The notes beneath the pieces were generated by a model that saw only the letters and a program-made list of their open reading frames with translations, had not been told where the DNA came from and searched no databases. A stretch of DNA of 63,322 nucleotides, counting the filler, from Stramenopiles sp. TOSAG23-2 (taxonomy: Eukaryota), in the NCBI GenBank assembly GCA_900128395.1. It is 29 parts of 29 records of this genome, joined end to end, with 100 filler letters (N's around TTAATTAATTAA, not from the genome) between each part and the next. Parts side by side here need not be neighbours in the genome. Positions count along the whole stretch, not along the records: positions 7,759 to 15,413 come from LT650291.1; positions 15,514 to 23,167 come from LT650292.1; 27 more parts are not named here. One strand, written 5' to 3'. The translations under genes and the position numbers were made by a program. Positions 11,404-21,466 of the stretch are shown piece after piece (within the stretch, counting starts at the first letter, position 1; each line of letters opens with the position of its first letter).

Positions 11404-14400
11404 TACTAAATTAATGAATATAGCAAAATATAAAGTGTTAGATACAGAAGATATCGGTGCAGTTGCTAGTAGTGATGAGTCAGAGGCAAATTATAAAAAA
11501 TTGATTACAATGTGGGAAGAAGAACTTAAAGTGAAAGGTAAACAAGATGCAAAATTAATATCCGTTTGGTTTAAGTTTATTGGGAAAACTACATTTGTAC
11601 AACTTTTCGGTTTTGCAGTCATTGATGTAGTTTTTCAATTGTTAACACCATTACTTTCTATGGCCCTTTTAATGCATTTAGAGGGAACAGATGTATTAAG
11701 TACAAGTATGTTAATTGTCATCGTGGCATGTTTGAGTTTAAGTCCAGGAGTATCTGGTTTTTTTCGTGGTCGAATGATGTTATTAGCAAAGCGAAAGGCA
11801 CTTCAAGTTTATGCTGCTTTGACTACAGCTGTATATCGCAAAACAATGAAATTGTCTGCCGCTGGTAAAGCTAGTGTGGAGACTGGACAAGTCATTAACA
11901 TGCTAAGTGCAGATGCTAGTAATGCTATGGAACAATCTGTCGCTCAAATTATACCACTTATATTGGGTTTGCCAATTATAATTGTGACATTGATTTTATT
12001 GTACGTAACCATAGGACCATCAATGTTTGCCGGTTTTGGATTTCTATTCATATCAATCCCATTAAATCTATACATTTTTCGCACTGTTGTACATTGGTAC
12101 AAAGAAGCTGTTGGAAGAGCAGATAAACGTGTTAAATTGGTCAATGAATTAATTACAGGAATTCGAATTGTTAAATTCTATGCATGGGAACAACCGTTCA
12201 AAAAGATGATTGAAAATGTGCGTGGAGTTGAATTGAAAGCAATAGAAAAACATGCATACTGGATGCAATGTGGCATGATGGTAGTATTCATGCAAATGCC
12301 CCAACTTATGCAACTGTTTGTTTTTTTAAGTTATGCACTAAGTGGTGGTGTATTTAAAGCATCTGTAATTTTCACAACAATACAATTGTTCAATGTATTA
12401 CGTGGTCCGGTTTCTCAATTTCCAAGTGCATTAAGTCAATTTGCATCATTAATTGTTGCGACAAGACGTATTGGGGCATTTTTAAAGCGAGAGGAAACAA
12501 CGGAGAAACTTGAAGGTGTTTCTTTTAATACCGACGAATCGCCAGTTAATGGGGAATCATGTATCGTCATCAAAGATGGAAAATTCATTTGGAGAAAAGA
12601 AGAAAGCTTGGACGATGCATTGAAAAATGAAGACAGCCGCCGAAAACGCAAAGGCAGGAAGAACAAAGGTGTTGAAGAAGAAAAGAAAGAAGAAGAAACA
12701 GATGAGAAAAAGGGTGATGGTAAAAAAGATGATAATTCTACAGAAAATCCGTTTGAATTATCTAATGTAAATGTTGATATTAAAGCTGGTGAATTAGTAA
12801 TGGTTGTTGGCAGTGTTGGTAGTGGTAAATCTTCGCTATTGATGTCTGTATTAAATGAGATCCCAAAAGTTGAAGGCTCTATATCCGTGAAAGGTAAGAT
12901 GAGCTTAATTCAACAAAATGCTTGGATTACTAACTCAACATTGCGAGAGAATATTCTTTTCGGGGAAAAATACAACCGTGCACGGTATAAGGAAGTTATA
13001 GAGGTGTGCGGATTGAAACAAGATATTGAAAACTTTGACGAAGGGGATCAAATTATGATTGGGGAGCGTGGAATCAATTTATCTGGTGGACAGAAAACCA
13101 GAGTTGGATTGGCAAGGGCAGTATATTCGCAAAGTGATATTATATTACTTGATTGCCCATTAGCTGCTGTTGATTTACACGTTGGTGACCATATATTTAA
13201 CAAATGTATTTTGGAATATTTAAAGAATCGATGTCGATTATTTGCAACGAATCAAACACATCGCTTAGGCGATGCGGATAAAGTGATTGTATTGGAGAAT
13301 GGCGAAGTTGTAGCGTGTGGAAAATACGAAGAGTTGTTGGAGAAAAATATTAAATTTAGTGCATTGATGAAAGATGAACGTGTAAACAATACATCATCAT
13401 CTGAAAGTGAAGTTAGATCGGAGACACCTGTTGAGAATAAAAAACGAATGAGCAATGCAGGTGAAGAAGAGGGTGTTGAAATAACAGCAAATAATCGAGA
13501 CTCAAGCACCGGTAGCAATAGTGGGAAACCTGGTAAAAAATTAATGGCAGATGAGGAAAGGGCAATTGGACATGTATCAGGTGCAGTATGGAAATATTTT
13601 TTTCAATCTGCTGGATATTGTCAAGCATTTTGGTCCATTTTTGCCATTAGTGCATTTACTTACTTTCAAACTTTTCTTACATTTGTGTTAGCTATGTGGA
13701 CAAATGACGTTGGGACCAGGGAGCCGCTATATGATGTAAATGGGACCTTGTCAATCAAATTACAAGAAGAACATGTTGAACGAGATAGGTTTTATTTAGG
13801 TTTTTATGGAGTAGCAGCTGTTGTCAGTTTAATTATCATGATGCTTGGAGGTTCATTAATGGCACAATTACGTGTTAAAGTCGCTAAGAAATTGCATGGT
13901 GATATGCTAACACGGATACTAAAGGCACCGATTGATTTTTTTGATGTTACGCCTGGGGGTAGAATTATGAATCGTTTCAGTAAAGAACAAAATTCCGTAG
14001 ACATGATGTTAACCACAATGATTGCATGGAGTTTTGTCATAGTAAATTTTGCTATTTCTGCCTTTTTAGCAATTGTAATAGCGACCTATGGATTATTTCT
14101 GATCATTTTAATTCCATTAATCATATTGTATTATTACATAGCTAATTATATTAGGCACACTTCAATTGAAGTCCAACGGCTTGAAGCTATTGCCAGATCC
14201 CCGTTGTACGCAGCATCCACAGAAATTTTAGGTGGTGTGGAAACTATTAGGGCATTTAAACAAGTTGGTAGATTTGAACAAACTTACCGTGAAAACTTGA
14301 ACAGGCAATTAGTACCATTTTTCCTGGCGAAAACGTGTATTCCAGTTTGGATGATGATGAGAATCAACATAATGTCATCAATTATTATCGCATCTATTAC

Positions 14401-15403
14401 AAGCTTTGTCGTAGCAATGCCAAATGTCTTACCAGCAGGTTTTGTCGGTTTATCAATCACTTTCGGCTTGACAATCACGCAAACGTTGATGATGGTTGTC
14501 AATATCTCTGTATTTGCTGAAATTCAAATGAATGCAATTGAGCGTATTAAATATTATGCACAAGAGTTGCCCGAGGAAAAACCAATGATCATTGAGGACA
14601 CTGCACCTCCAAAATCATGGCCATCTAAAGGTTGCATTGAGATAAAGAATTTAGTTGCAGGTTACAGGGAAGGTCCTGATATTTTGAAATCGATTTCGTT
14701 GACTATTGACGAGAAACAAAAAGTTGGTATAGTCGGACGTACTGGTAGCGGTAAAAGCAGTTTGCTCGTGACATTATTTCGTATCATTGAACCACGTGGT
14801 GGACAAATCATAATTGATGGTGTAGATATTGGTACTATCGGATTGGAACAATTGCGTAGTAAAATTGGTATTATACCGCAAGATCCTGTACTTTTTAGTG
14901 GTACTTTAAGACACAATTTAGATCCATTTGAATTGCATAGTGATGAAGAGTTGTGGAATTCATTAGAACAAGTATCCTTAAAAGATTTTATAAGTGACTT
15001 GCCTGATCAATTTCATTTTAAAGTCACTGAAGGTGGTAAAAATTTCAGTGTTGGCCAAAGGCAACTTTTGTGTATGGCTCGAGCATTGTTGCTGGATCCA
15101 AAAGTTTTGTTATTAGATGAAGCAACTGCGCAAGTTGATAAGAAATCTGATATGATGTTACAAAAAATGATTCGTAGATGCTTTGCTGATAAAACTGTAT
15201 TAACAATTGCACATCGTTTAGATACAATTATGGATTCCGATAAAATATTAGTGCTTGATGACGGTAATATTGCTGAATATGCTGATCCGCGTACATTAGT
15301 AGAAAAAGGTGAAGATGGTAGCTTTTATGGTTTGGTGTATGCGGAAGGAAATGAAAATGCAGATCGATTAATTTCTATGATACCAGATAAAAAGAATGAT
15401 TAA
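11402..15403 (+). CDS. ABC transporter subfamily C (MRP-like), TMD-NBD-TMD-NBD; probably 5'-truncated
   Basis: Walker A GSVGSGKS and GRTGSGKS, signatures LSGGQ and FSVGQRQL, IVKFYAWE, LLDEATA, TIAHRL. Confidence 0.93.
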   Translation, partial: FTKLMNIAKYKVLDTEDIGAVASSDESEANYKKLITMWEEELKVKGKQDAKLISVWFKFIGKTTFVQLFGFAVIDVVFQLLTPLLSMALLMHLEGTDVLSTSMLIVIVACLSLSPGVSGFFRGRMMLLAKRKALQVYAALTTAVYRKTMKLSAAGKASVETGQVINMLSADASNAMEQSVAQIIPLILGLPIIIVTLILLYVTIGPSMFAGFGFLFISIPLNLYIFRTVVHWYKEAVGRADKRVKLVNELITGIRIVKFYAWEQPFKKMIENVRGVELKAIEKHAYWMQCGMMVVFMQMPQLMQLFVFLSYALSGGVFKASVIFTTIQLFNVLRGPVSQFPSALSQFASLIVATRRIGAFLKREETTEKLEGVSFNTDESPVNGESCIVIKDGKFIWRKEESLDDALKNEDSRRKRKGRKNKGVEEEKKEEETDEKKGDGKKDDNSTENPFELSNVNVDIKAGELVMVVGSVGSGKSSLLMSVLNEIPKVEGSISVKGKMSLIQQNAWITNSTLRENILFGEKYNRARYKEVIEVCGLKQDIENFDEGDQIMIGERGINLSGGQKTRVGLARAVYSQSDIILLDCPLAAVDLHVGDHIFNKCILEYLKNRCRLFATNQTHRLGDADKVIVLENGEVVACGKYEELLEKNIKFSALMKDERVNNTSSSESEVRSETPVENKKRMSNAGEEEGVEITANNRDSSTGSNSGKPGKKLMADEERAIGHVSGAVWKYFFQSAGYCQAFWSIFAISAFTYFQTFLTFVLAMWTNDVGTREPLYDVNGTLSIKLQEEHVERDRFYLGFYGVAAVVSLIIMMLGGSLMAQLRVKVAKKLHGDMLTRILKAPIDFFDVTPGGRIMNRFSKEQNSVDMMLTTMIAWSFVIVNFAISAFLAIVIATYGLFLIILIPLIILYYYIANYIRHTSIEVQRLEAIARSPLYAASTEILGGVETIRAFKQVGRFEQTYRENLNRQLVPFFLAKTCIPVWMMMRINIMSSIIIASITSFVVAMPNVLPAGFVGLSITFGLTITQTLMMVVNISVFAEIQMNAIERIKYYAQELPEEKPMIIEDTAPPKSWPSKGCIEIKNLVAGYREGPDILKSISLTIDEKQKVGIVGRTGSGKSSLLVTLFRIIEPRGGQIIIDGVDIGTIGLEQLRSKIGIIPQDPVLFSGTLRHNLDPFELHSDEELWNSLEQVSLKDFISDLPDQFHFKVTEGGKNFSVGQRQLLCMARALLLDPKVLLLDEATAQVDKKSDMMLQKMIRRCFADKTVLTIAHRLDTIMDSDKILVLDDGNIAEYADPRTLVEKGEDGSFYGLVYAEGNENADRLISMIPDKKND

Positions 15404-15874
15404 AAAAATACAGNNNNNNNNNNNNNNNNNNNNNNNNNNNNNNNNNNNNNNNNNNNNTTAATTAATTAANNNNNNNNNNNNNNNNNNNNNNNNNNNNNNN
15501 NNNNNNNNNNNNNTTTCCAGCTGCCCAGCTTTGGCCAATATCTTTTCATTTAGAATTGCACGCAAAATTAGCCAAGATTGCCAGGTGCAGATGATTTGCA
15601 TGCTATGTTAATGTTAATGTACCTCCAGGACCCTGTCTATCAAATTCTGTATTTTTTTAGTACCATAGCAAGTATAATATAATATGAAGCTTAAGGAAAT
15701 GCATGCATCAAAATACGAAGAAGTTCTAGCTCCCTGCCGGGCCTGCCCTGGGCCTGCTGCTGTGTGGATCCTTTGGCTAGTGGGAGCGTAGCATTGTTGT
15801 GTATGATATCAAACCGATTTTAATTGGTTTTTAATAATTAGCATGGATATAGCATTGTATTTAAAACCGTGATG

Positions 15875-15989
15875 AGAAATATTTTCATCTAGAATTTGTG
15901 GCAAATTCCTTAAATTTATTTCACATATAATGGTGTTGCTATGCTAGTTATGTTAACAGGAGAATAGCACTGTTATTGGCATATGTGTT
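15875..15989 (+). repeat. 115-bp diverged direct repeat, copy 1
   Basis: Ungapped match to 17001-17115 (about 21 mismatches by manual count). Confidence 0.9.
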
Positions 15990-16135
15990 ATATATGGTGC
16001 TACGGTTGTACAACACTACGGTCCCAGATCCACCCACAATTAATATATTTATTGAATAAATACACAAACCAAAAAAGCAGACGGAAAGCATGCACATATA
16101 CACCACCGCGAAATAGTGCTGCAACACACAACATC

Positions 16136-16897
16136 ATGGCATCGTTGACAACAACAGAAGCGAGCTCTGATACAATCACAATAGGCAACAACCCCCAGTT
16201 TGCGATACAAGTGGATGTACAAAGAAGCAACGACAACATCATATTGCCTAAAGAAAGCTTCGAACGCATTCTAGATGTAGTAAAAAAATTGGAAGATAGT
16301 TTAAAAGAATCAGAATGCAAAGTAAAAAAACTTACCGTAGAAGCAGCAAAAGACAGATTATGTGCAAAAGAAGCAATAGATATATATAAATCAGTTATTA
16401 TTCAACGCAAATTTACAGAAGGCTATTGTTACAAATCGAATACTGGTAAAACTATTATACAAATAATAAAACGTATGGAATATGACCCTGTGAATAAAAA
16501 CGGAAAAGTAAAAGTAAAAGACATGTCAACAAACGAAGAGAAGACCGTTTCGTTTTCACAACATCTAAGCGAAGCTTTTGATGTCGGGGATTGGCAAGAG
16601 ACTATTGTGCTACGCGAATCGATCAATTACGATGGTATAACTATTTTATCTTTTAACACTACATGGCCGAACGAAGTGAATGCACGGAAGAGAAAAACAC
16701 CACCACAGTCGTCTTTGCTTATTGCGCCAAAAGGTGGTGAAATCACTCCAGAGAAGCGCGTAAAAAATGCAAGAGAGGGTGATGAAGAAGATGTATTTAA
16801 TAGTCCTAGATTTACAAAAAATGCTAGAGAGGGTGATGAAGAAGATGTATGTAATAGTCCTAGATTTACAAAAACCCCACCACCGCTATATTTGTGA
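16136..16897 (+). CDS. Hypothetical protein with short coiled coil and C-terminal 18-aa duplication
   Basis: Likely start MASLTT at 16136. KNAREGDEEDV(F/C)NSPRFT x2 (54-bp tandem at ~16762-16874). Confidence 0.65.
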   Translation: MASLTTTEASSDTITIGNNPQFAIQVDVQRSNDNIILPKESFERILDVVKKLEDSLKESECKVKKLTVEAAKDRLCAKEAIDIYKSVIIQRKFTEGYCYKSNTGKTIIQIIKRMEYDPVNKNGKVKVKDMSTNEEKTVSFSQHLSEAFDVGDWQETIVLRESINYDGITILSFNTTWPNEVNARKRKTPPQSSLLIAPKGGEITPEKRVKNAREGDEEDVFNSPRFTKNAREGDEEDVCNSPRFTKTPPPLYL

Positions 16898-17000
16898 TGT
16901 TCAGTAAAAACATCGCATATTATTGAAAATCTAACTTTTGAAGTTCTGCTAGAGTGGTTGCATCGCTGTTTGATTTATGCATTATTATATTATTATAAGA

Positions 17001-17115
17001 AGAAATATTTTCATCTGGAAGGATGAGCAAATTCCTTAAAAGTACTTCTCTTGTAATGGTATTGCTATGTTAATTATGTTAACAGCCTAATAGCATTGTT
17101 ATTGGCAAATGTGTT
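17001..17115 (+). repeat. 115-bp diverged direct repeat, copy 2
   Basis: Matches 15875-15989; lies upstream of the primase-helicase gene. Confidence 0.9.
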
Positions 17116-17390
17116 TTGTTTAGGCGTAGATATATATGGTTTTCCGACTGTAATCTACGCATAGATATTTTGAGTTGGGTTACGCACAAATGTATCATCA
17201 AGTATACATATTAGTATACCATTTTGTTGTATTTTGATAGGAATATACTAACCTTGATTATGTATAGTGCTAATCCTATAATAATTATTGGAGTCAGAAA
17301 TCGGAATAAAAAACAAGAACTATATCCCATGCAGGTAAAAGTTACAAAGTATACTACTTATAAAAATACTGATAGATCAATACAAAATTT

Positions 17391-20300
17391 ATGAATTCAA
17401 AAAGAAATTTACAGAGCGAAGATGCCAGCACAACAGCTTCAAAGAAGCAGAAAATACGTGTTCCTGAACTCTTAAAGTCGAATGGCACATACCCAAATGC
17501 AAGTAAGAATAATGATGTTGTTGACAATGGTCGTAATTACAAGAATAATTTTTACTCAAAGGATGGACTTCAGTGGTATTATCATGAAGCAGATGTCCCG
17601 CGGTTGGAGGACGGCGAATTTATGTTTGCGAGAGATAAGAAAACATACAAATCTTTCTGCAAAAGTACATGGGAGATTATATACAAGAAAATTGAAGAAG
17701 GTTATTCAATAAAAAAATTTTGCCATTATTATGAGCAACGAAAGGAAAATACCCCTGTCGTTATGTTTTTTGATATTGATGAAAAGGTTGGTCGAAGAGA
17801 GGAGCATAACCCCACAGTATATTTAAAACAATTTAGAGCAGGGCTTTTGTGTCTTGGTATACAAGAAGAAATGGTTATCCAAAGTGCTTGTGGTCAAGTA
17901 GGTGGTGGATACAAATTATCTTATCACATAACAATTCCGCGTGTCCAGTTTAGAACATTGAAACATTTGAAGACATGGGTTCAAAAACGTGCAAAGAGGG
18001 GGGGCGTCTACCAAATTGGGGGGATTGTCATCGACACTACGGTATATTGCAAAGGGTACTGGCGCTTACCACATTGTGCAAAAATCGGTTCGGAGCGCGT
18101 TTTGGAGTTGGAGAAAAAGCAACACATGGATTTCGCAACATTTCGATGCTTAAGCATTCATTATACTAGCAATGTAGGACGTGTTATTGAACAAGATCTT
18201 AGCTACGTACAAGAGAAACCCCGACTGCAAGACGATAAAATTCAAAAATCCACCACAGTCCTTAAACAGCTATCTGATGCAGATAAAAGGTTGTACGGTG
18301 TTGAAGGTGATTTTTATTTCAGAGATCGGCATATGGGTGGTCTGAGGTACGAAGCAAAAAGTGATACTTGGTTATGTCCTTCTGGGGAGTGGCATCTGCG
18401 GAACCGTTGCTTTGTTGTGAATGAAAACAATGTTTGGTGTTATGCCTGTAAACAACGAATCAACATTTTCCCGACTGTCCCTGCTAACATTTTACCAGAA
18501 AATTTATTTGTTGGTACAGATGAGTGTTTTGCAAAAGCATTGTTATATTTCTATGGGGTAAACTACATTTACTCAAATGATAAGTTATATCACTTCAATG
18601 GGGACATATGGGAAGATCCGAAGATCGCCATACACACAGATCTTGAAAAGTTATACAACAAATTAGAGGAAATGGCATACAAAAGGTCAGGACATCAAAG
18701 AAATTCTGAAGTAAAACCAGCGCTATCCGAAGCAGACGATAATGGTATGATGGATCTAGAAAGGGAAATAAAAAACAAGGAATCAAGGCTGGTACCAACT
18801 GCTGAACTTGAAGAAAATGTTGCAAGAGCAAAGGAGGTTGAAAGAAATGCACGAAAAGCTTTGTCAAAAGCAACTGATGAAGTTGCTTCCTTGAAACTTG
18901 TTGCACTGAAGAAAGTCGCGAAAATCGATTCAGAGATTGCAAAGGGGGATTCTGATACCAGAAAGGCGCTAGAATTGGATCGTAAAGCTTTAAAAAGTGC
19001 CGCAGCACTTGATCTCGCGAAAGCGAAGCGCAAAAAGTTCGCTGCTGGCGATACTTTAAAAGAAGCTGTTACAAATACAATGCAGTCACTAATAATTTTA
19101 GGAGAAGCACAAAAAGAAGTTAAGGCACTAAAAAAAGAGTTAGAGAAAGTGCGAAAGGAGAAAGCAAAATCGATGAAGGTTGCTGTCGAGAAGCAAGCAT
19201 TTATGGTATCATCGAAGGAGGATGCTTGCGAAGCACTACTACGAAGAATTCGACGGTTACAACAAGTTCCACATAAGAGAAGAGTAACAGAGGATTTTTT
19301 TATGTTGTGTAGACGCTATCTCAAAACTGATATAAAGATGGACATAAATGAAGAATCGCGTGAAGTAACTCATTTCAAGAATGGGTGTGTTAATTTGCGT
19401 ACAGGCGAGTTCCGAAAACGCGTGAAAACAGATTTTGTCACATGCTGCCTAGATTACGATTTTGTGGAAATGAACCCTGATCTCCAAAAAATTCAAGATG
19501 TGCTGAAAAGGAGTCTGCGCATGGTTCAACCAAAAAAGAAGCAATACAATTTAATGTTGGATTGGCTAGGATACTGTTTGACTGGTCACACCAAAGAGAA
19601 AAAGTTTAAAACATTACTTGGTTACACCGCTGGGAATGCTAAGTCAACCATGATTGAAATTATGAAGAAATGCTTCCCGATTTATGTGCTAGAAATTGGA
19701 CAGGATGCGTTTGACAGAGAGAATAAGAATTGGGCCAAGTCGTTTTTTCCTCTGTTGACTCATGCATACCGACTTGTTTACATGGAAGAATTTGGTGAAA
19801 AAACAATTGATAAGCAACGCTTGAAACGCTTCGTAGATGGTAAAGAATTTCCGTTAAAGGTTATTTATGTCGCAGGGGAAAGGAATGCCATATTACACTC
19901 AAAATTAATGGCGAATACAAACCGCGATCCAAACATTCGAAGCGCCACAAATGGGATTTTTCGGCGTGCGTTGGGACAATTTTACACCTCTCGTTTTGTA
20001 GATGACGGCACAGAGGATCCCTCGAAACATATTTATAAAGATGATAAAACGTTTATGAATAAATTTGATAAAGATGATTGGAAATTAGCATGGTTTTACC
20101 TCTTGCTCCCACGAGCCAAATCGTATTGTGAAGTAGGCTTAAAAATCCCCCCAGAAAATATGCGAATCATGCGTTCAGCTGTAGAAGATTACGATGAATA
20201 TGCACCAGTTTTTGAAAAGTTTGAGGTGACCAATAACAATTTGGATCTTGTAAGTAAAACTGAAATAATGAATTTTTGCGAGCAGCAAGAGGATTTGCGT

Positions 20301-20507
20301 CGATTTGGATGGCGTGGTGTTTTGGCTGCAATGAAACAGAAAGGTGTCACGTATGATAGCCAAAAAAGATGCACCATCAACGGAACAGCACGAAAAGGTT
20401 TTTGCGTCGGCATTAAGTTGCGAGGTAAGGGTTCACTGGATGATGATATTGCAGATAGGGGGGGGAAACTATTAATTATGATAAATTTGGATATTTTAAA
20501 TGCCTAA
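17391..20507 (+). CDS. D5-like primase-helicase (AEP/PrimPol primase + Zn finger + D5_N + SF3 helicase + probable winged helix)
   Basis: AEP motifs MFFDIDE, KLSYHI, IDTTVY..WRLPHCAK. Zn ligands CPSGEWH...CYAC. D5_N LYHFNGDIW...FKNGCVNLRTGEFR. Walker A GYTAGNAKST, Walker B RLVYMEE, motif C KLMANTN, Arg finger GIFRR. Confidence 0.9.
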   Translation: MNSKRNLQSEDASTTASKKQKIRVPELLKSNGTYPNASKNNDVVDNGRNYKNNFYSKDGLQWYYHEADVPRLEDGEFMFARDKKTYKSFCKSTWEIIYKKIEEGYSIKKFCHYYEQRKENTPVVMFFDIDEKVGRREEHNPTVYLKQFRAGLLCLGIQEEMVIQSACGQVGGGYKLSYHITIPRVQFRTLKHLKTWVQKRAKRGGVYQIGGIVIDTTVYCKGYWRLPHCAKIGSERVLELEKKQHMDFATFRCLSIHYTSNVGRVIEQDLSYVQEKPRLQDDKIQKSTTVLKQLSDADKRLYGVEGDFYFRDRHMGGLRYEAKSDTWLCPSGEWHLRNRCFVVNENNVWCYACKQRINIFPTVPANILPENLFVGTDECFAKALLYFYGVNYIYSNDKLYHFNGDIWEDPKIAIHTDLEKLYNKLEEMAYKRSGHQRNSEVKPALSEADDNGMMDLEREIKNKESRLVPTAELEENVARAKEVERNARKALSKATDEVASLKLVALKKVAKIDSEIAKGDSDTRKALELDRKALKSAAALDLAKAKRKKFAAGDTLKEAVTNTMQSLIILGEAQKEVKALKKELEKVRKEKAKSMKVAVEKQAFMVSSKEDACEALLRRIRRLQQVPHKRRVTEDFFMLCRRYLKTDIKMDINEESREVTHFKNGCVNLRTGEFRKRVKTDFVTCCLDYDFVEMNPDLQKIQDVLKRSLRMVQPKKKQYNLMLDWLGYCLTGHTKEKKFKTLLGYTAGNAKSTMIEIMKKCFPIYVLEIGQDAFDRENKNWAKSFFPLLTHAYRLVYMEEFGEKTIDKQRLKRFVDGKEFPLKVIYVAGERNAILHSKLMANTNRDPNIRSATNGIFRRALGQFYTSRFVDDGTEDPSKHIYKDDKTFMNKFDKDDWKLAWFYLLLPRAKSYCEVGLKIPPENMRIMRSAVEDYDEYAPVFEKFEVTNNNLDLVSKTEIMNFCEQQEDLRRFGWRGVLAAMKQKGVTYDSQKRCTINGTARKGFCVGIKLRGKGSLDDDIADRGGKLLIMINLDILNA

Positions 20508-20688
20508 AATACCTAAAATGCCTAAAATTCTACAAACTCATTTCATACAGTTCCATATTACTAAGTTCATTTCATATTGATTATCGCCTGGTATGTTAAT
20601 AAGCAATGCTTTAAGGTCGGTGTATAAAAATTAAAATTAATATAAAAAAGTTTATCAAAATATAGGCATTTTAGACATTTTAGGCATA
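20498..20688. repeat. Two inverted arrays of three 9-bp units flanking an AT-rich core (candidate replication origin)
   Basis: TGCCTAAAA/TACCTAAAA/TGCCTAAAA at 20501-20527 and ATATAGGCA/TTTTAGACA/TTTTAGGCA at 20660-20686. Confidence 0.8.
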
Positions 20689-20756
20689 CTCATACATGGT
20701 GTAAGAGTCACAGGCCGTGAGTCAACATCCAAACTCTCCACACTGAACTGAATGCA

Positions 20757-21101
20757 TCACCTATGTACCAACAGTCTATACTCATATGCGGAGGACCTGG
20801 AGCCTGTAATCGGATTTCGTACGTTGATTTTATTTGAATGAATTGCACATGTTACAGCAGGATCTTTAATGACAATCCGAAATACTTTAATAACGTCATT
20901 TACATGTATGGGCTTCAGCAACCGCCGCTTCAATCGCCCTTTGAACAACTTGATCAAATACAGTCTATGCCTCTTAATGAAACCAAGACCAGGATATAAA
21001 TTGGATTTCCGAATAACTGTTTTAGTGTCATGCAGCCCATGAAAACCAATGGAGTGCGCAAATGAATTTACTAATCGCACTTTCTGTTCTTTAATATTCA
21101 T
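20757..21101 (-). CDS. Small basic protein, paralog A (putative DNA-binding)
   Basis: 114-aa K/R-rich ORF with upstream TATATAA; homologous to 22567-22880. Confidence 0.75.
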   Translation of the reverse strand: MNIKEQKVRLVNSFAHSIGFHGLHDTKTVIRKSNLYPGLGFIKRHRLYLIKLFKGRLKRRLLKPIHVNDVIKVFRIVIKDPAVTCAIHSNKINVRNPITGSRSSAYEYRLLVHR

Positions 21102-21466
21102 CCTATACTACATTCAAAGCAATTCTTATATACATGTGTTTTATTTGCGACTTTTTATCACTTTCCCAAAGTCGGCTACCAGAACATCAATATGATAGCA
21201 TAATGTCAAGCCACAATGTTATACATGCATACAAAGTACCTAACAATTTTACCTCAATGCATCGATTTTCCATTTTTATCACATCATGTTGTACTTCTAT
21301 ATTTTATTCTTAATTTTATTCTTAATTTTATCCTGACCTAATTCAAACTAATCAAAAGTTACAACAACTAATTGACATATTTTAAAAGACGATTACAGTA
21401 ATAGTGCCTCCACACACACCTTAAAAGTCTATATATATTCAGGGCGCAGGTGGATATATATGACTT

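Noticed and set aside
18681-19217. Intein in the primase-helicase
   Set aside because: No Cys/Ser start with His-Asn end and no Hint or homing-endonuclease motifs; the composition is coiled-coil.
20660-20686. Similarity of TAGGC units to the SV40 GAGGC origin pentamer
   Set aside because: Too short to be meaningful, and the helicase is D5-type, not T antigen.
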